NCBI GenBank assembly: GCA_035084275.1
Contig: CM068760.1
Location: 7,998,001-8,062,000, forward strand
Direction of reading: 5' to 3'
DNA from: Hydrolagus colliei
Lineage: Eukaryota
DNA: 64,000 bases
Both the position numbers and the translations under genes were made by a program. The notes under the pieces were generated by a model, which did not search any database, had not been told where the DNA came from, and saw only the letters and a list, made by a program, of their open reading frames with translations. Below, piece after piece: positions 23,549 through 37,266 of this stretch. Positions within the stretch are counted from its first letter, which is position 1, and each line of letters opens with the position of its first letter.

Positions 23549-26089
23549 TGCTTCTTAGTTACAGTGAGTTACATAAATATAGCTCAGTACCCTGAAGTAG
23601 ACAATATACTGTAATTTTTGTTTGGCAGTTTTTATGATTTTAAAAACATTAACAAGCAACTGAAATAAACAAAGTAAGCAGAGAGCCTGTGCGATGCAGT
23701 GTCGTTACTTTAACCATGCCAACTGTATTTTTAAAATGAAACTTTGGAGATGTTGTGATCTCAATTTAAAAATAATTCAAATCCCTTGTTGAAAAGTAAC
23801 TTCAAGTTTATCACCAATTATTTGAAAACAGATTTCACCAGTCAGTGAAAGCAAGTGACATTCCACGGCAGATCTTATTGCAGCTCCTTGAATAGATAGC
23901 ACACCAGGGCACTACGGCGGCCATTGCTTAAAGAGTTCACTCACAAAAGCATAAAGTTAAGCAGCTCATCATATCAATTTAAAAACGTGGTTCAGTAATG
24001 CTCTATGAATGTGTTGCACAATGAGCGCAATGGTGGTTGATTAAGTGAAATGATGGACCGCATAATACCTTGTCCACCCCCGTTGTCCTTCACCTTTTCT
24101 GTAGCCTTCCTACCAGCTGAGCCTGCTCAAATGCCTGGATAGAAACAGCTTGATGCCTGCAGATATTAAATGGATGAGCGTTTTAGGAATTGTTGCCTTC
24201 TACAATTGAGGTGGTTTGATCTCTTTAAGGCCTGGGCTGGTTAAGCCGGTTTAAGTATAATAGTTCTTTTTATAGGATTGTTGAAAGAGTGGTGAATAAG
24301 GTCTGCTTATAATCAACTCTCAAGGCGAGAATTTCTTTGCTCTGCATTAAAGTAGACTTTTTAATGCGATCGTTATGTTTTACATGCATGATTTTTGTCC
24401 TTCGTGTTGTCCTACAGTGATTTTCCACTTCAGCTGTTTGCCAGTAGGTGCCACAGTGCAGCTACTGTGAGACTTGTTTACCTCTAGTTAAAAACCTGTA
24501 ATCATGGAAATCCTGCTGCAAATGGCTTGGATTTATAACAAAATACTTGAGCATCTACTTAATGGGAACCTGTTCACTTCCCCGGTTGAGAACTCAACGA
24601 ACACCAGAAGAAATAGATTGATTTAGTTGTTAGCAAAAGAATATTTAGAGCAGTAAATTCTTGAATCCCATCCCTTGCTGTTTGTTTTGGTATCGCTCTT
24701 AATATTCTAACAATATTAATCCTTGCGTTTAATACAGCGCCTTATCACGTCGTCCAAACGTCTCAATGCTTCACAGGGTATACTGTAACGTGAATTGACT
24801 GAACATGTTGTGGCCGAATCATGGCAGCCAATTCTTTTAGTTGATTTTAAGATTAGTTCCCAAGATGCTACAATTCTGTGTTCATTCTGGGAAATATATA
24901 TACTGTAGTTATTCTAGTTAGTTAGTTAGTTTAAACTGAAGGACTTTATTGCTAATTATTTGTGTGACAACATACTTTGTAAAATCCTGTACCAATCTTG
25001 TGGGCACGTAAATTACTTGATATATATCTAGTGAAATATCTTGCTGTATACCTGGCCTGCCTTAACTAGCGTGATTCGTGCTCCAGGTTGTATGACCTAT
25101 GCCTTCTACCATAAAATTAATAGAGGGATCCTTTGTTCCGTTGTTGGTTAAAGGATTTAGAATGGTTAGTCTAGATTGTATAAAGTGTCCTTCATATGAA
25201 ATGATCCTGACTCTGCAAATAGGATTGCCAGGAGGACTAACATCACTGTTATTAGTGTCTTCGGAGGTCTGTGATTTGAAGGTGAATGAAGATTCTTCAC
25301 ACACAGAATTAACTTATCTGACTTTGTTAAAATGCAATGCACACGACGTGCTTGAACTGAGCTCTGTTGGCTGCATAGGATGAATAAAGCTATTTTGCTG
25401 CATGTCAGCTATTGATGGAGGATGCTCTTCATATTATTGAAGTGACCAGTCACACAGCAGGAACTCATTAGTAGCTATTCATCATACATGACACGGGAGG
25501 TAATCCTTCTTGTTAATGTTTCAATAGAGTTATGCAGTTTTACAGCGGCTCTGGTTAATGTGAGACTGGACCAAAGAGTTATTTAGCACCCAGAAACAGG
25601 TTTATTTCTAAAAGAAGCGTATGGTAGAGAGGTAAAGGTAAAACTTTTCCCTGGGGCTTTGTGTCTCTGTGGGCTGTTCATTGTTGTGCAATTGATCGAT
25701 GACCATAGCTGTTCAAGTACACATTCTTAAGATGAGCAATGTGAGGTTTCCATTGCACGCATTATAGCCCTGTATCAATACAGGCAATCCCTGGCTCAAT
25801 ATACTAGTAATGTTGTATAAACTACTTAACTATTTCCACTGCAGGTGGACGTCACGTGGCAAATTGGGCTCCTAATGTGATGGAATCAAAATCTCTTGAG
25901 AACGACTGCACAGATCTGACTCTTGACGTTTCCTTAAGACCTCCCTGGAAGACAGAAAAAGTTTCTGTTGAACATGGATTTTTGGTCTTTTATTTTAAGC
26001 ATTTTGCTCACGCGCAAACAGACTTGAGGAGAAGTGCACTGGATTGTATAAAATTGTATAAAATGCAATATATTATTATTATTATTACA

Positions 26090-26230
26090 GAGACTGTTTG
26101 TGGGTAATCGGCTGCTTGATGTTTCCCACAAAATACACAGTCAATCCTCTTTGCAATATATTCTGTGAAGGCGCTCTGAGACGTCTCAATAAGATGATAA
26201 AGCGTTTTATTAAATGCAAGGATTATGATT
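26090..26230 (+). mobile_element. SINE 3' half
   Basis: gactgtttgtggg...cccacaaaatacacagtcaat...aaatgcaaggattat. Confidence 0.8.
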
Positions 26231-28055
26231 CTTATTTTCAGTGCAATGCTTCCTGTCGACTGATAGAATTATATAGCTCTAGCTGGTGGCTGAAAACACA
26301 TGTGAGAGCAATCCAACTGCAGTGGTAAAACACAGTGAAAAAGCTTGGCAAATGCTGACTGCAGTAGGGGGCATGTGTGGTTTACATATGAAAATAATTT
26401 TATTATTGGACGTGTGCTCGAGCCTGCAGCGTAGCTGTTCTTCAGTTAATTGGAAACCAGATGAAATACCGGTCAGAGGATGGAACAAGTTTTGCAAGAC
26501 AAATAGAAGGTGCTCGTTGTAGCAGCAATCAGTTGAATGGGGGAAGGTAATTAAAGTTACAGGGGAGTTGTGTATCAGCCACGTGATTGTGGTGCTGCCT
26601 GGATAGATGCTTGGTCTCCCTGGTGACGGCAGACAACTGGGTAAAGAAAGCTGAAGAGAAACTTTTCGACCGAGAAGGAGCACATTGGGAGAGAAAGGGC
26701 ATGTTTTGTAAAAATGAGAGAAAGGGAGATAAATGTGAATGCTGGTATGTTTGTGCTCGGAGAGTGTGTGGAATGAATGAGAAGTGAAGTTTTTAACAGC
26801 CACTTGGGTAAGTTTTGTGTTATTGAAATGAGTAACGTTATGATTTTTTTTAAAAAAATCACTGATAGGAAAACAATCTCTGATAGAAACCATGGATTTT
26901 GAAGCAAACATTACTGTTACTTACTCTGGGTACTCAACTTTATTTTACTAATTAAAATGAGAGAGGGGAGAAGCCTTTGTCCTCTCTCTTAAATATTATT
27001 TTTTTCTGTCATTTTCTTCTTGCAAATGAAAGACTAAGGGGAGGCACAAGACTGGAAACTGAACGGGAAAGAAATATGAACAAGCTGAGACGAAAAAGAA
27101 TAGTACTCTCGCTTACTCCAAAAAATCCAACACACGTTCGTAAAGAGAGCAAGGTGCTGCAAAACATCAAAAGAAGCAATTCAAAATGTGTATCTACCCT
27201 TTCATTACCTGCCCTCTAGAAAAGCAGTAGAGGTGATGTGTTACAGTTTATTTAAGACTGAGTTTTTGGCTAATATTGAATCAGTCAATAGTCGTCTGCT
27301 TATGATTGACATCCAGAAACAAGGATGCAGCTCTGCTAAAAGGTTACAAGTCCTACTGTTTGGAATTTGTGGAGCAGCAACAACAATTTGCATTCATATA
27401 TCAGCCCTCACACAGGGTAGTGCTTGACAGTGTGACGGGGGGGAGGTGATCATAGGCAAGGTTGAAGGCCAAGTTCTTCAGGTGCGTTCTGATGATGGGG
27501 AAGGATGGGGAAAGGCGAAGGGATAGAGGGAAATTGTTCCAGATTTTCGGGGCGTGGTGGTTGAAGGCGTGAAGTTATTTTAAAACAAGTGATTTTTAAA
27601 AAAATGGACCATTGCTGTGATTATCCCTTTGATTATGCAACGCAATGTTCTTGAGTTATATAAAATAGTACACGGACAGGCTGGGAAGAATTTTCCCCCA
27701 TAAAGTTGTCACCTCTTTCACCTGCTGGGTTTAATAATAATAATAATCCTTATGATATCACAGGGTTGAGACATCCCAAAAGTGCTTGGCAGAATATGCT
27801 ATGAATGGACTTGACTGTAGATTGCAAAATCATTTTAGAGAGTTTGTAGATCGATTTAAATTATTTTAAATATTCCAGGTAAGAGCTTAAATATAAATTG
27901 CACAATAACTTTCTTTTGTGCTGTACAAATTCAGCTTCTGCATCGCATCCAGCTTTGAATATTGAGTGGAAGTGATGTAACCGTTTTGTGGTTAGAACGC
28001 TGCACACCACATCATGGGTGGCACTCGGGGAAGATTAGCGAATACCTAGGGACGT

Positions 28056-28168
28056 CTGTTTTTGAGTAAAATATACTCGAGGTAATTCAATTTATTCCAT
28101 ATTTGGTTTCCAATCTCAGCCACTTTGCTGTGGGCACTCTCAGTACAATCAGCTGGCAAAGGTGCACA
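28056..28168 (+). repeat. Copy A of an unclassified diverged direct repeat (copy B at 30557-30670)
   Basis: Collinear shared blocks: gtaaaatatac, gag, attcaatttatt, ggtttcca, cact, tgtgggcac, ctca, ggcaaa. Confidence 0.75.
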
Positions 28169-29147
28169 GCAGTTTTAAGACCGACCTAATCAATGTAGGT
28201 TTGCAGTCTCTCATCGGTTTGGTGTTTTTTTATTTAACAAAACAAAAAAGTGGTGGGGGAGTGGGGGGTTGGGGGGAGCACAACGGTGGTCTTGAGAAAT
28301 GTGGAACATGTGTAGCATTGCGGAATTCACACTGAAGCAATTACGTTATAAACCAGGGCAGCTGCAGTGCAAGGTTGGTCCAATAATGTAGCGTGGGAAG
28401 TGATGCCAATGAAATTCTACATCGATAGATATATTTATAAAGGGCCACATGGGCCTCATCTGTGCTGCCAATAACATCAGTTTGAGGTTTGCACAGTGGT
28501 GACAGTGTGTCACTGATAACCTTGTACGTTGCACTAGATTTTTTTTAAAATGATCAGTAATTGTATTTGCTTTCTGTTGATGCTGCTGTGAAGGACGGAT
28601 TAATTAACCTTCGGCATTGCCTCAGCGCTTGGGACGTCCTCCCGACATGAAAGGCGCTCTATCAATGTAATTTTGTTGTTGTTGTTGTTGCCTGTGCCAC
28701 TCACTCTTGACGAGTAATATCTGGCACATTGATTTGCATTCAATGTTGAATATTCATAAGCCTCCTGAGGTCTGCTTTCAATCAAATAATTATTTTTTGT
28801 GCCACGTGATACTCACAAACACTTTGTATGTTTTTGTTGCACGAAAACCAATAAAATGGGTTACACCCAGGACGTTTGGCAATGTGACTTTCACTCAGTA
28901 ATACATGAAGTATCAATGGGAACAAAGCTGTGATGGGTCCTCCCATCCATTTCCTAGCTGGTTCTGATATTGTCCTGGAATGCTGTGCTATATTCTGTTT
29001 AATTTCACAGTGTATTCCTTGTTGTACCTCAATGGTAATGTACAAAAGTGCTGGAAAGAAGCAGCAGGACTCCCAGCTTCCATTGATCCATATTCAGCAA
29101 GCAATTAGCCACACAATGTTTGTGAAGCCATGGTTGTTAGTGAACAT

Positions 29148-29320
29148 GGAGCCCTGTAGCTCAGTAGTTAGAGCACTCGCCTCGCATGCGAGAGGGCATG
29201 GATTTGATTCTCAGCCAGGGCGAAACGTTGATCAAGTTTCCTTACTCCACACGCTTCGGTTTACATAGCAGTAAGTAGGAACCAGGTTGTTAGTCGATTG
29301 GTGGAATTGATCCGTTTCAT
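29148..29320 (+). mobile_element. SINE 5' half, long-CORE variant
   Basis: tRNA head followed by caagtttccttactccacacgcttcggtttacatagcagtaagtaggaacc. Confidence 0.8.
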
Positions 29321-29545
29321 AAAATGGACAATAGTCATTGAGGCTTCTGATGTCCACATCTTAAACCGAAACAGCTGCGTTTTCGATCTTTAATCTACAT
29401 TGTTGTTAAGGTTTAAAGAAGAGAAATTGCAGTGACCAGAAACAGCTGAAATTAAAGCATGCCACAGACTCTAAACTTAAAAGAATAGAAACACAAGAAT
29501 AGAAGCACGATTGTTGCCCTTATGATATGTGGGTGCACTGTTATT

Positions 29546-29869
29546 AATAATAGTAATCATAATCCTTGCATTTGATAAAGCTCTTTTCACGTCCTCTAGA
29601 TGGTCTCAACGCGCTTCAAAGAATATACTGTAAATTGAATTGACTGTATATATGTGGGCGAAACGTGACAGCAAATTGCGTACAACAGTGTCCCACAATC
29701 AGTCTTGGATTGAAATGACCAATTTTACGATTGTGTTTCTTTAGAGGGATTATTATTAGGCATGTGGAGTAAGGAAACTTGCCCAAGGATTCGCCCTGAC
29801 CTGCCTGGATTCGAATACAAGTGTCACGATTGTAAGGCGAGTGCTCAAACCACTGAGCTACAGGACTCC
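29546..29869 (-). mobile_element. Full-length tRNA-derived SINE
   Basis: All modules present on the minus strand. Confidence 0.9.
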
Positions 29870-30556
29870 ACATGCCTGTTTTAACCAGGGCTGCTGGTAT
29901 TTTAAAGACAGACATAAAACTTTAAAAGATACACGAATCTTCATGCAATTCAAGACATTTTGCACAGGTGTATATTGGGAGGAATAAGGAACCCAAAATA
30001 GAATTTAGTAAATGGCAGAATAATGTATTACATTATGATCAAAGTTGAATTTGAAACCGAATGTCACATACATCAGACTGAAATACAATAGTATTAGGAG
30101 CTTTTCAATAAATAGAATATTTCTGGTGAGATAGAGGAAGCAGTTTGGTAAAGTGTTAGGGTGTGCATTTTCTGTAACCGCAAACTGATAGAAGTCTATC
30201 GAACCCGAACCACAGATCCATGTGATTCAGATAGGTCGAGCTTTCCTGACAAGTAAGTAGCAGTGCTAACAATAGTTGCTGACTAATATCATTACAGCAG
30301 CCCACTTGAAACCCAAGACACACCTATAAGATTCCACTCTTGATCACTGATGAAAAGCCTGTACTGCTTTAGTCAGCACTAAGGAACCTGTAACAATTGA
30401 AAGCTGAACTGTTTTTTTCTCCCAGCTCTTTGTGACGTGTTTCATCAATCCTATCACCTAAACAAAATGCTACGATGCGCTGATAATGCAAATGCAACTC
30501 CCTCCGCCATCTCCCCCCATACCCTGATATACATCTCTTTTGTTTTCTGAGCCAGG

Positions 30557-30670
30557 CTGTTTCAGGGTAAAATATACATGAGTTCATTCAATTTATTGTG
30601 CGTTCGGTTTCCATTTGCATTCTTGGTCACTGTGGTGTGGGCACACTCAATGTAGCAGAAGGCAAACATT
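30557..30670 (+). repeat. Copy B of the unclassified diverged direct repeat
   Basis: See 28056-28168. Confidence 0.75.
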
Positions 30671-31694
30671 TCTCTACGGTAAGAGAAAGTCGCAGGATAT
30701 TCCTACGTCCCCCTGGCTGATGAGGGACATTATATACTGAAGCAAAATTCTAAATATGCAATGTCAATAAGTGTTTCAAGCTGCAGTAGTTTGTGATTGT
30801 ATTTTCAGGATATTTAGAATAGTTGAACAACAAAAATACTAATGTTTCAACTTGTGTTTCCTCCCCCCACTTAATTTCCTACACCACTAGTCTTTTCCGA
30901 CGTATTTTCCATCATGGACTGGTTCTGGTCTGGCCTGCCTGATGCAGTACACACACTCTTTCGGTGAAAACATTAGTCTCTAATGTCAGTGTTCAAGACA
31001 TTCAACAGTAGGCTTATTTATGGGGCTGTGAAATTGTCCTGAAGAATGACTTCCTCTGATTACTGATGTAATACTGTAGTAGTTGGCAGCCATATCTCTA
31101 TATATACTGTTTGTCTTTCATCCTCTATTTTGGCGTTGTGCTTTGGTGGTCGGTCTGTAGATTCCTATTGCACTTTTGTTCTGTAGGCCGGACAGTGGTA
31201 TGAGCTGTGATTTTCAGTGGTTCTATATTCGGAGTGCTTGTTTCTTTTCGCCTGTGAATTTCCACCAGGAAGAAAAGCAAAGAAAAGTTCAGAGACAAAA
31301 TCTACATTTCTTTCCTGATGTGATACCATATCAGCTGATTTTCACCACTTGGAATAGCAATGGCAAATGTTGTAGATAAAAATGATTTCAGAAGTCGCCA
31401 ATACAAATCTTACATACACCCCAAGGACATGTTTACTTTTTCATAATCTTCTGCTTAATCAAGTGGTTGCTTGACTCGTGTCTAATGCACACATTTAGGA
31501 ATAGTGACCTGGGTGGGAAATGCTTTTATCCCTAGGATAGCCAGCATGTGTTTTTAATTTGTCATTTTTAAGTGCTTTCACTTTTCTGCAGGCACTTTCA
31601 GATCAATGGAGGGGAAAGATTTCTGATTGCTTTTGTTGAAAGATGTGTATTGTCACCACAATGAATGAGGTTTATATTAGCAATACAATGCAGT

Positions 31695-31950
31695 ACTAAT
31701 TTACATTTGTATAGCACCTTTCACGTTGGGAGGATGTCCCAAGTCATTTGACAGTTAACAGTCCTGGATCCGAGCTGGGGCCAGGAGCTAAGGGGATGTG
31801 GTGGGGGGGTGGGGGGTGGGGGGTGAAGATGACCAAAGGTGCAGTTAAAGAGGTAGGTCTTGAGATGGAGCTTTAAAGAGGTGAGGGAGTAGGTTAGTCG
31901 GAGGGACTCTGGGATTGAGTTACAGAAATTGGGGGCAGATAGGTTGAAAG
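31695..31950 (-). mobile_element. L2-type LINE 3' end
   Basis: ttacatttgtatagcacctttcacgttgggaggatgtcccaag followed by purine-rich L2-like sequence. Confidence 0.7.
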
Positions 31951-32136
31951 TCCATGGTATTAAGAATTGAATAGGTAATTTATGTAATGAAGTTCTGCGG
32001 AAAAGGCTATTAACATTTCATCCTGTTACGCCATCACAGTTAAGAGATTCAATCCAGTTTCAACCATATTCCTGAAAAGTACCATTTTTATACTTGTTAA
32101 TTACAGTACGAATACATATTCTGCATTTCAGTCCAC

Positions 32137-32520
32137 ATTCATTTATATAGAGCCCTTCATGCAGAGTGTTTGATGGTGGCAGAGTACCGAGCTAAGCTGA
32201 GCTGGGAGGGAGGTGACCATAGGAACGGTCGAAGAGGAAGGGCTTCAGGCGCGATCCAAAGATAAGGAAGAAAAGAAGGGAGGTGGAGGGATAGAGGAAG
32301 AGTATCCAGAGTTTTGGGGAGGAGTGGCTGAAAGTAGAAATGGAGGGCACGAGGGACATAGAGTAGACCATAGCCAATCGACCGGAGGCAGAGGTTAGTG
32401 TGTTGGGGAGTAAGCAGGTCAGATTGGTAGGGAGATGCCAGGGCATGAAAGGATCTGAAAACAAGCATGGGGCTTTTGAAATCAATCCGTTTGCGATAGG
32501 AAGCCGGTGAAGCTTGGCTA
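32137..32520 (-). mobile_element. L2-type LINE 3' fragment (pseudogenised ORF2 C-terminus)
   Basis: ORF 32157..32552 contains RIDFKSPMLVFRSFHALASPYQSDLL, typical of the L2 ORF2 C-terminus (RIxFKxLxLxFKxLHGLAPxYLSDLL). Confidence 0.8.
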
Positions 32521-32959
32521 GAACTGGTGCGATGTATATATGTAAGATGCATTTTCTAATGGCTTGAAATGTTTCAGTGGTTTACAGTAATTGAAACTAT
32601 TCACATGAGCAATTAACCTGTTATAGGAAATATTCGAAAGAAAGATCAGTTGTGGATTTTGGCTGGGAGAGTTTTGTTTTTCGGCTAATGTGAAAAGGTG
32701 CATTTCTTGTTTGTAGTTAGAGAGGAGGCAGCTTTGAATTATGAATCACTTGCGGAATAAACTAGCTAATAATAATCATAAATAGCTGACGTCTGGAATA
32801 AGCCCCAGGATTCTGAAATGAGACTCATTGTGCAAAGCACTTTGAGATGTATAGATTTGATAAAGCTCTATTGATAATGATACACAGATTGCGGTATTGT
32901 GTTACAGCTTTAAACCTCAGACACTGGCAACATCACCTCCCGTGGATGCACACTCCATC

Positions 32960-33630
32960 TCATTGAGCCAGTCTGGAACCTTGGTGTCTTGTTTGACCCT
33001 CAACTGTCCTTTCTACTCCACATCCGTACCAAGACCAGCTCAGCCTCCCCTCACCTCCACAGCGTCACCCGGCTGCACCACTTCCTCTCCCCACAGACCG
33101 CTGAAAACCTTATCCGCGCATTTATTCCGTCTAGACTCGACTTCGCCAACTCCCCACTTGCTGGCCTTCTCAACTCTTCCCTCCGCAAACTGCAGATCAT
33201 CCAGAATTCTGCAGCTCATGTCCCCTCCCGCACTTGGCTCTCCACCTAATCCAACTCCCCTGGCTCCATTGGCTCTTCAAGCCCCAGAGGATAGAGTTAA
33301 ATGCTGGTCTTCACCTTCAAAGCGCTCAATAGCCTTGCTCCTTCCAAACTCTATGACCTGCTAACCCCACATTAGTCTATCCACTTGCTCCCTCTTGCTC
33401 AGCAGACCCTTTGCCTCCCCCCCCCCCCCCCCCCCACCCTTTCTCCTTCAAGGCACATCTCAACCCTCCTTTTCAACCATGGCTTCCGCCACTCACAAGC
33501 CCAACTCTCCCTGACCTACACCCCTCCTAATCTCAACCCCTTGCTCGGTTCCAAATCCCTGACTGTCCAATTCTTTGAGAACGTCCTCCCGACCTGTTGT
33601 ATATAAATGTAATTTGTATTTGTTGTTGTT
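32960..33630 (+). mobile_element. L2-type LINE 3' fragment (pseudogenised ORF2)
   Basis: ORF 32989..33249 FDPQLSF..HI...LIRAFIPSRLDFANSPLAGL...LRKLQIIQNSAA is a hallmark of L2 ORF2; stops and frameshifts follow; (TTG)n tail. Confidence 0.9.
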
Positions 33631-35789
33631 TGATATTAAAATAAATCCAGTAGTGTTTTTACGTGATTCCGCTCTGAATGTGCGCCTTGCCGACTGCTGT
33701 TCGATTGCATGTGGGAGACAATGTGACACCATGGTGCTCTCCTTTAAGCTCTAGGCAAACCTTACACAGCCATTGAAAATCAGTGGGCTTGGTGCACAGT
33801 CCCCACTTGCTGTTCCTGTAGAGTTTAGCTTTAGCTTCATTTGAGCATAGGGGATGGAGAGAGTATGACGTACATTTAATTCTCCTTATATGCTAATGTT
33901 AATTATATTTTTATCTTGTGATCTTAGCTCCCTGTCTGAAACATTTCCTTTGCGGTCTATTTCCAGGAACAGGTTGGTAGGTGGATAGACTTTGCTCACC
34001 CGTGCTCTATTTTGAGGGGCAGAGAAAGGGACATCTATTTATAGCTTACGAAGAGAATAGAAATAACAAACATTTATCTTTGGATGTTGATTTCACTGAG
34101 AGATTGTGGACAGTGCAGATAAATAATTCATTACAATCTGGATCTGATTGATATTGCAACGTATAAACCTTGTTTTCCTCGTTAATTATTCTTTAATAAA
34201 TGCAGAATTGCTTCGATACATTTTCCGCAAAAAATCCCATGGTTGTCTGTCGTGAGCTATCATAAATCTGTCCAGAACCATAAATGTTTTGTGCGGGATC
34301 TCTGTATTACAGGGGCATTTTAAGTTGTGTATTTGGGATTCCAATTCACAATAATTGTTTTAAACCGCCGTCCCGATGCCTTGAACCAAATGATTCCTGG
34401 GTGTATCACAATATTTTCTAGCCATGTTGGTGCCGAGGTGATAATAAATGTATTAGAAAGAACACTTTTCACAAATAGGATTGCTTGCATTAATACTGGT
34501 AATTTTGCTGATTACTCTGACATACTCTGCTCTTTAGTAAGTCAGTGATAAGTTACTAATTTCCTTTGATAGTTTGCAAGACTGACTATTCCAAGTTCTA
34601 TGCACATTTACAGACTTATGGTATGAAGTTTAAATAGTTTCATAGCATTATTTATGTTTAATTTAAGTAACTCGGAGAGGGAAAAATGTTCACATTCCCC
34701 GAAAGCAGTCAAAACCAGTTTTGCTCTTCAAATATTGCATGAACATTGGTGAACATGGATATCAAGAAATATTGGTTCTGCTAAGTTGTTACTCAATGTG
34801 GTCAGTGAATGAGGAGATATACCTTACATTGTTTGTCACAGATGGGATCTTTAGACTGGAAGCATTCTTTGCTACTGTGAGACGCTGGTGCTTTTATTAT
34901 ATCTGTCTTTAGCAATGAACGATACAGTCTGGTGCACACTTTTTCCAAGGATTCATTGCCTTTGTGTTAAGATATTGCTCACAACAATTGGTTCTTCACA
35001 ATGTATCTAGCTGCAAAATTAGCAAACCACAAGTGTGTTAAGTGGGGAAAAAAACATCTGGTTTGTAAAATCACACTTTAGATCCCAATATCGTAACATT
35101 TATAGCAGTCCTCTGAACTCCAAATTGAACAAGCAATCTTGCAGACAATTCAGATATACTGAAAATGTCCAGTGTAAAGCAGTGTTCAATTTAGGGTGTT
35201 TCATTGTGTGTTTCATTCACTCTCGAAGTAGATATTGAAAGCCAGCAAGGACGATGACATGGTATTATAGAATGATTGTGACATAATCCCTGAAAGTTAT
35301 ACTTTGCAGCTGGTTATCAGGAATTAATAGTCAGTTTATAACCATCATCTACATCCTGTGATTAGATTACAGTCCAGAAATCTATTTGTTAATTTTAAAT
35401 GATGTTGCATCTGTTAATCTTGTGGGGAGTCATTTTCTTTTGTCATTTTTGGCCAGCGCTGACTCTTGGTGCAGACACAACCATTCGTCAGTGTGTTTCA
35501 CTTCCTCCATAGCAATGACTTTTCACAAAAGATTGGTGACTGTTGGCAGGACTGCAGGATTATTCTTTGCAGTTGGTTTGCAAGGAAATCTTAATGTTCA
35601 TTTCTTGGGTTTTACTGTGGAAATAAGATACTGTCCAGTAACATACATTTACTAGTATTTGTAAGATAAATAATAATAATCCTTGCGTGTGGTATAGTAT
35701 CTTTCATGTCAGGAGGATGTCTCAAAGCGCTTCACAGGATTTACTGTGGTGTATTGTAGTGACTGTGTATTTGCTCGGCAAAAGATCTC

Positions 35790-36088
35790 TACCTCTGCTC
35801 GGCTGGCTCCAGCGTTTCGCATGTCCCACGTTCCACCATTGGAGGCCGCACTTTCAACTACTGCGCCTCAAAACTCTGGAACACTGTTTCTCTATCCCTC
35901 TGCATTGCCCCTTCCTCCCTCCCTTCCTTCCCCATATTCAGGTCGCGCCTGAAGACATTCCCATTTGACCGGGCCTACACTCTCTTTCTCCTCCCCCCGG
36001 CTCGGTGTTGTGCTCCGTCGCTGTCAAACGCTCTGTGACTCTCCCCTGCTTGAGTGGCACTATACAGATAAAAGTTGGTGTTGTTGCT
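35790..36088 (+). mobile_element. Degraded L2-type LINE 3' end
   Basis: ggaggccgcactttc...ctctggaac...ctgtcaaacgctctgtgac...tatacagataaaagttggtgttgttg. Confidence 0.65.
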
Positions 36089-36969
36089 CAGTCGATGGCT
36101 ATCTTTGTGGGAGGATAGCTCCCATGTCCAGTGAGGTCAGGTTGCTTGCTTGTAGATGTTCAGCCTGACGTTACCTGCATTTTTCAAGTTACAAGGAACA
36201 TAGGTTAGTCAACAGACATCTAACAGGACAGTTTATTTAAGTCCAACATTTGTGTTCCAGAGAAATGTTGAGCGTCCTTGTTAACCTCTAGATGCTGGGT
36301 TTGCATGTGTTAGTCATTATGCTAATGTTGCAGGTCATGTTTCATAGCCAGTTTGTGCCATCGCTGTTCTACATCCAGTGGTCACTGACCATCTGCTTTT
36401 GAAATCCATGAAAGTGCATTTACATGTGTGAAGGATTTTTTTGTGCTGGTGGGTTGGTGGGGGTGGGGGGGGGAGGAGAAACAAGAGTACTTTTTGGTAT
36501 GTGGGCCAAGAAAACCTTCATGTGCTTTAATAAATCCTGCACAAATTTGGTGACCGCATCTGTTTTTTGTGCGGTTCATTCCCTGTGTGCCTTGCAGATG
36601 TGAAAGATGTGAAATTGCATTGATTGCGCACAGAGAGACGTGTAAACAGCACGATAATTTAATGCTGTCCAGGAGATCATTCCTTCGAACCTCAAATCCA
36701 TTTGTGTAGCTGTTAAAGACCACTTTTAATTGTGCGAATTCCTTTGTAACATTGTCCAATAAACACCCTGATTCAGTCCTGTTAATAGTCCTGGATCAAA
36801 CTATAGTTTCCTCATGCACTTGGCACATTATTTGGCACATAGTTTGCGCATGAACTAAAACCAAAGAAATGGTGCAAATTTTAGTGTAGTTTATTGTTAT
36901 TATGTGAATCTTTGATTCCAAATTTAGAAGTTCATATTTTGGAAAAACATTACTGCTTCATCAATACAG

Positions 36970-37266
36970 TACTTGCCTCGCGAACTAGGTGGACTTGGGT
37001 TCGATTTCCGGACATGGTGAAACATTGGGCAAGTTTCATTTCTTCACATGCCTCTGTTTACCCAGCAGTAAGTAAGAACCTGGTTGTTAGTCAATTGGCA
37101 GATTGCTAAATCTTTCACTCCACGACTATGTGCGGACACTGCTATGTGCAATTGGCTGCCGCATTTCACTCACAAAATACTGTATACAGTCAATTCACTT
37201 TACAGTCTATTCTGTGACGTGCTTTGAGACAAAGACACTATTAAATGGAAGGATTATTATTATTGT
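36970..37266 (+). mobile_element. SINE, long-CORE variant
   Basis: ttgggcaagtttcatttcttcacatgcctctgtttacccagcagtaagtaagaacc, then Deu-like body and (ATT)n tail. Confidence 0.82.

Noticed and set aside
26279-26911. Longest ORF in the track (210 aa, minus strand)
   Set aside because: Non-ATG start, F/S/H/T-biased composition, no recognisable domain or exon structure; consistent with a chance ORF in intronic DNA.
32897-33606. Possible functional reverse transcriptase gene
   Set aside because: Only the C-terminal part of an L2 ORF2, with stops and frameshifts and no catalytic core.
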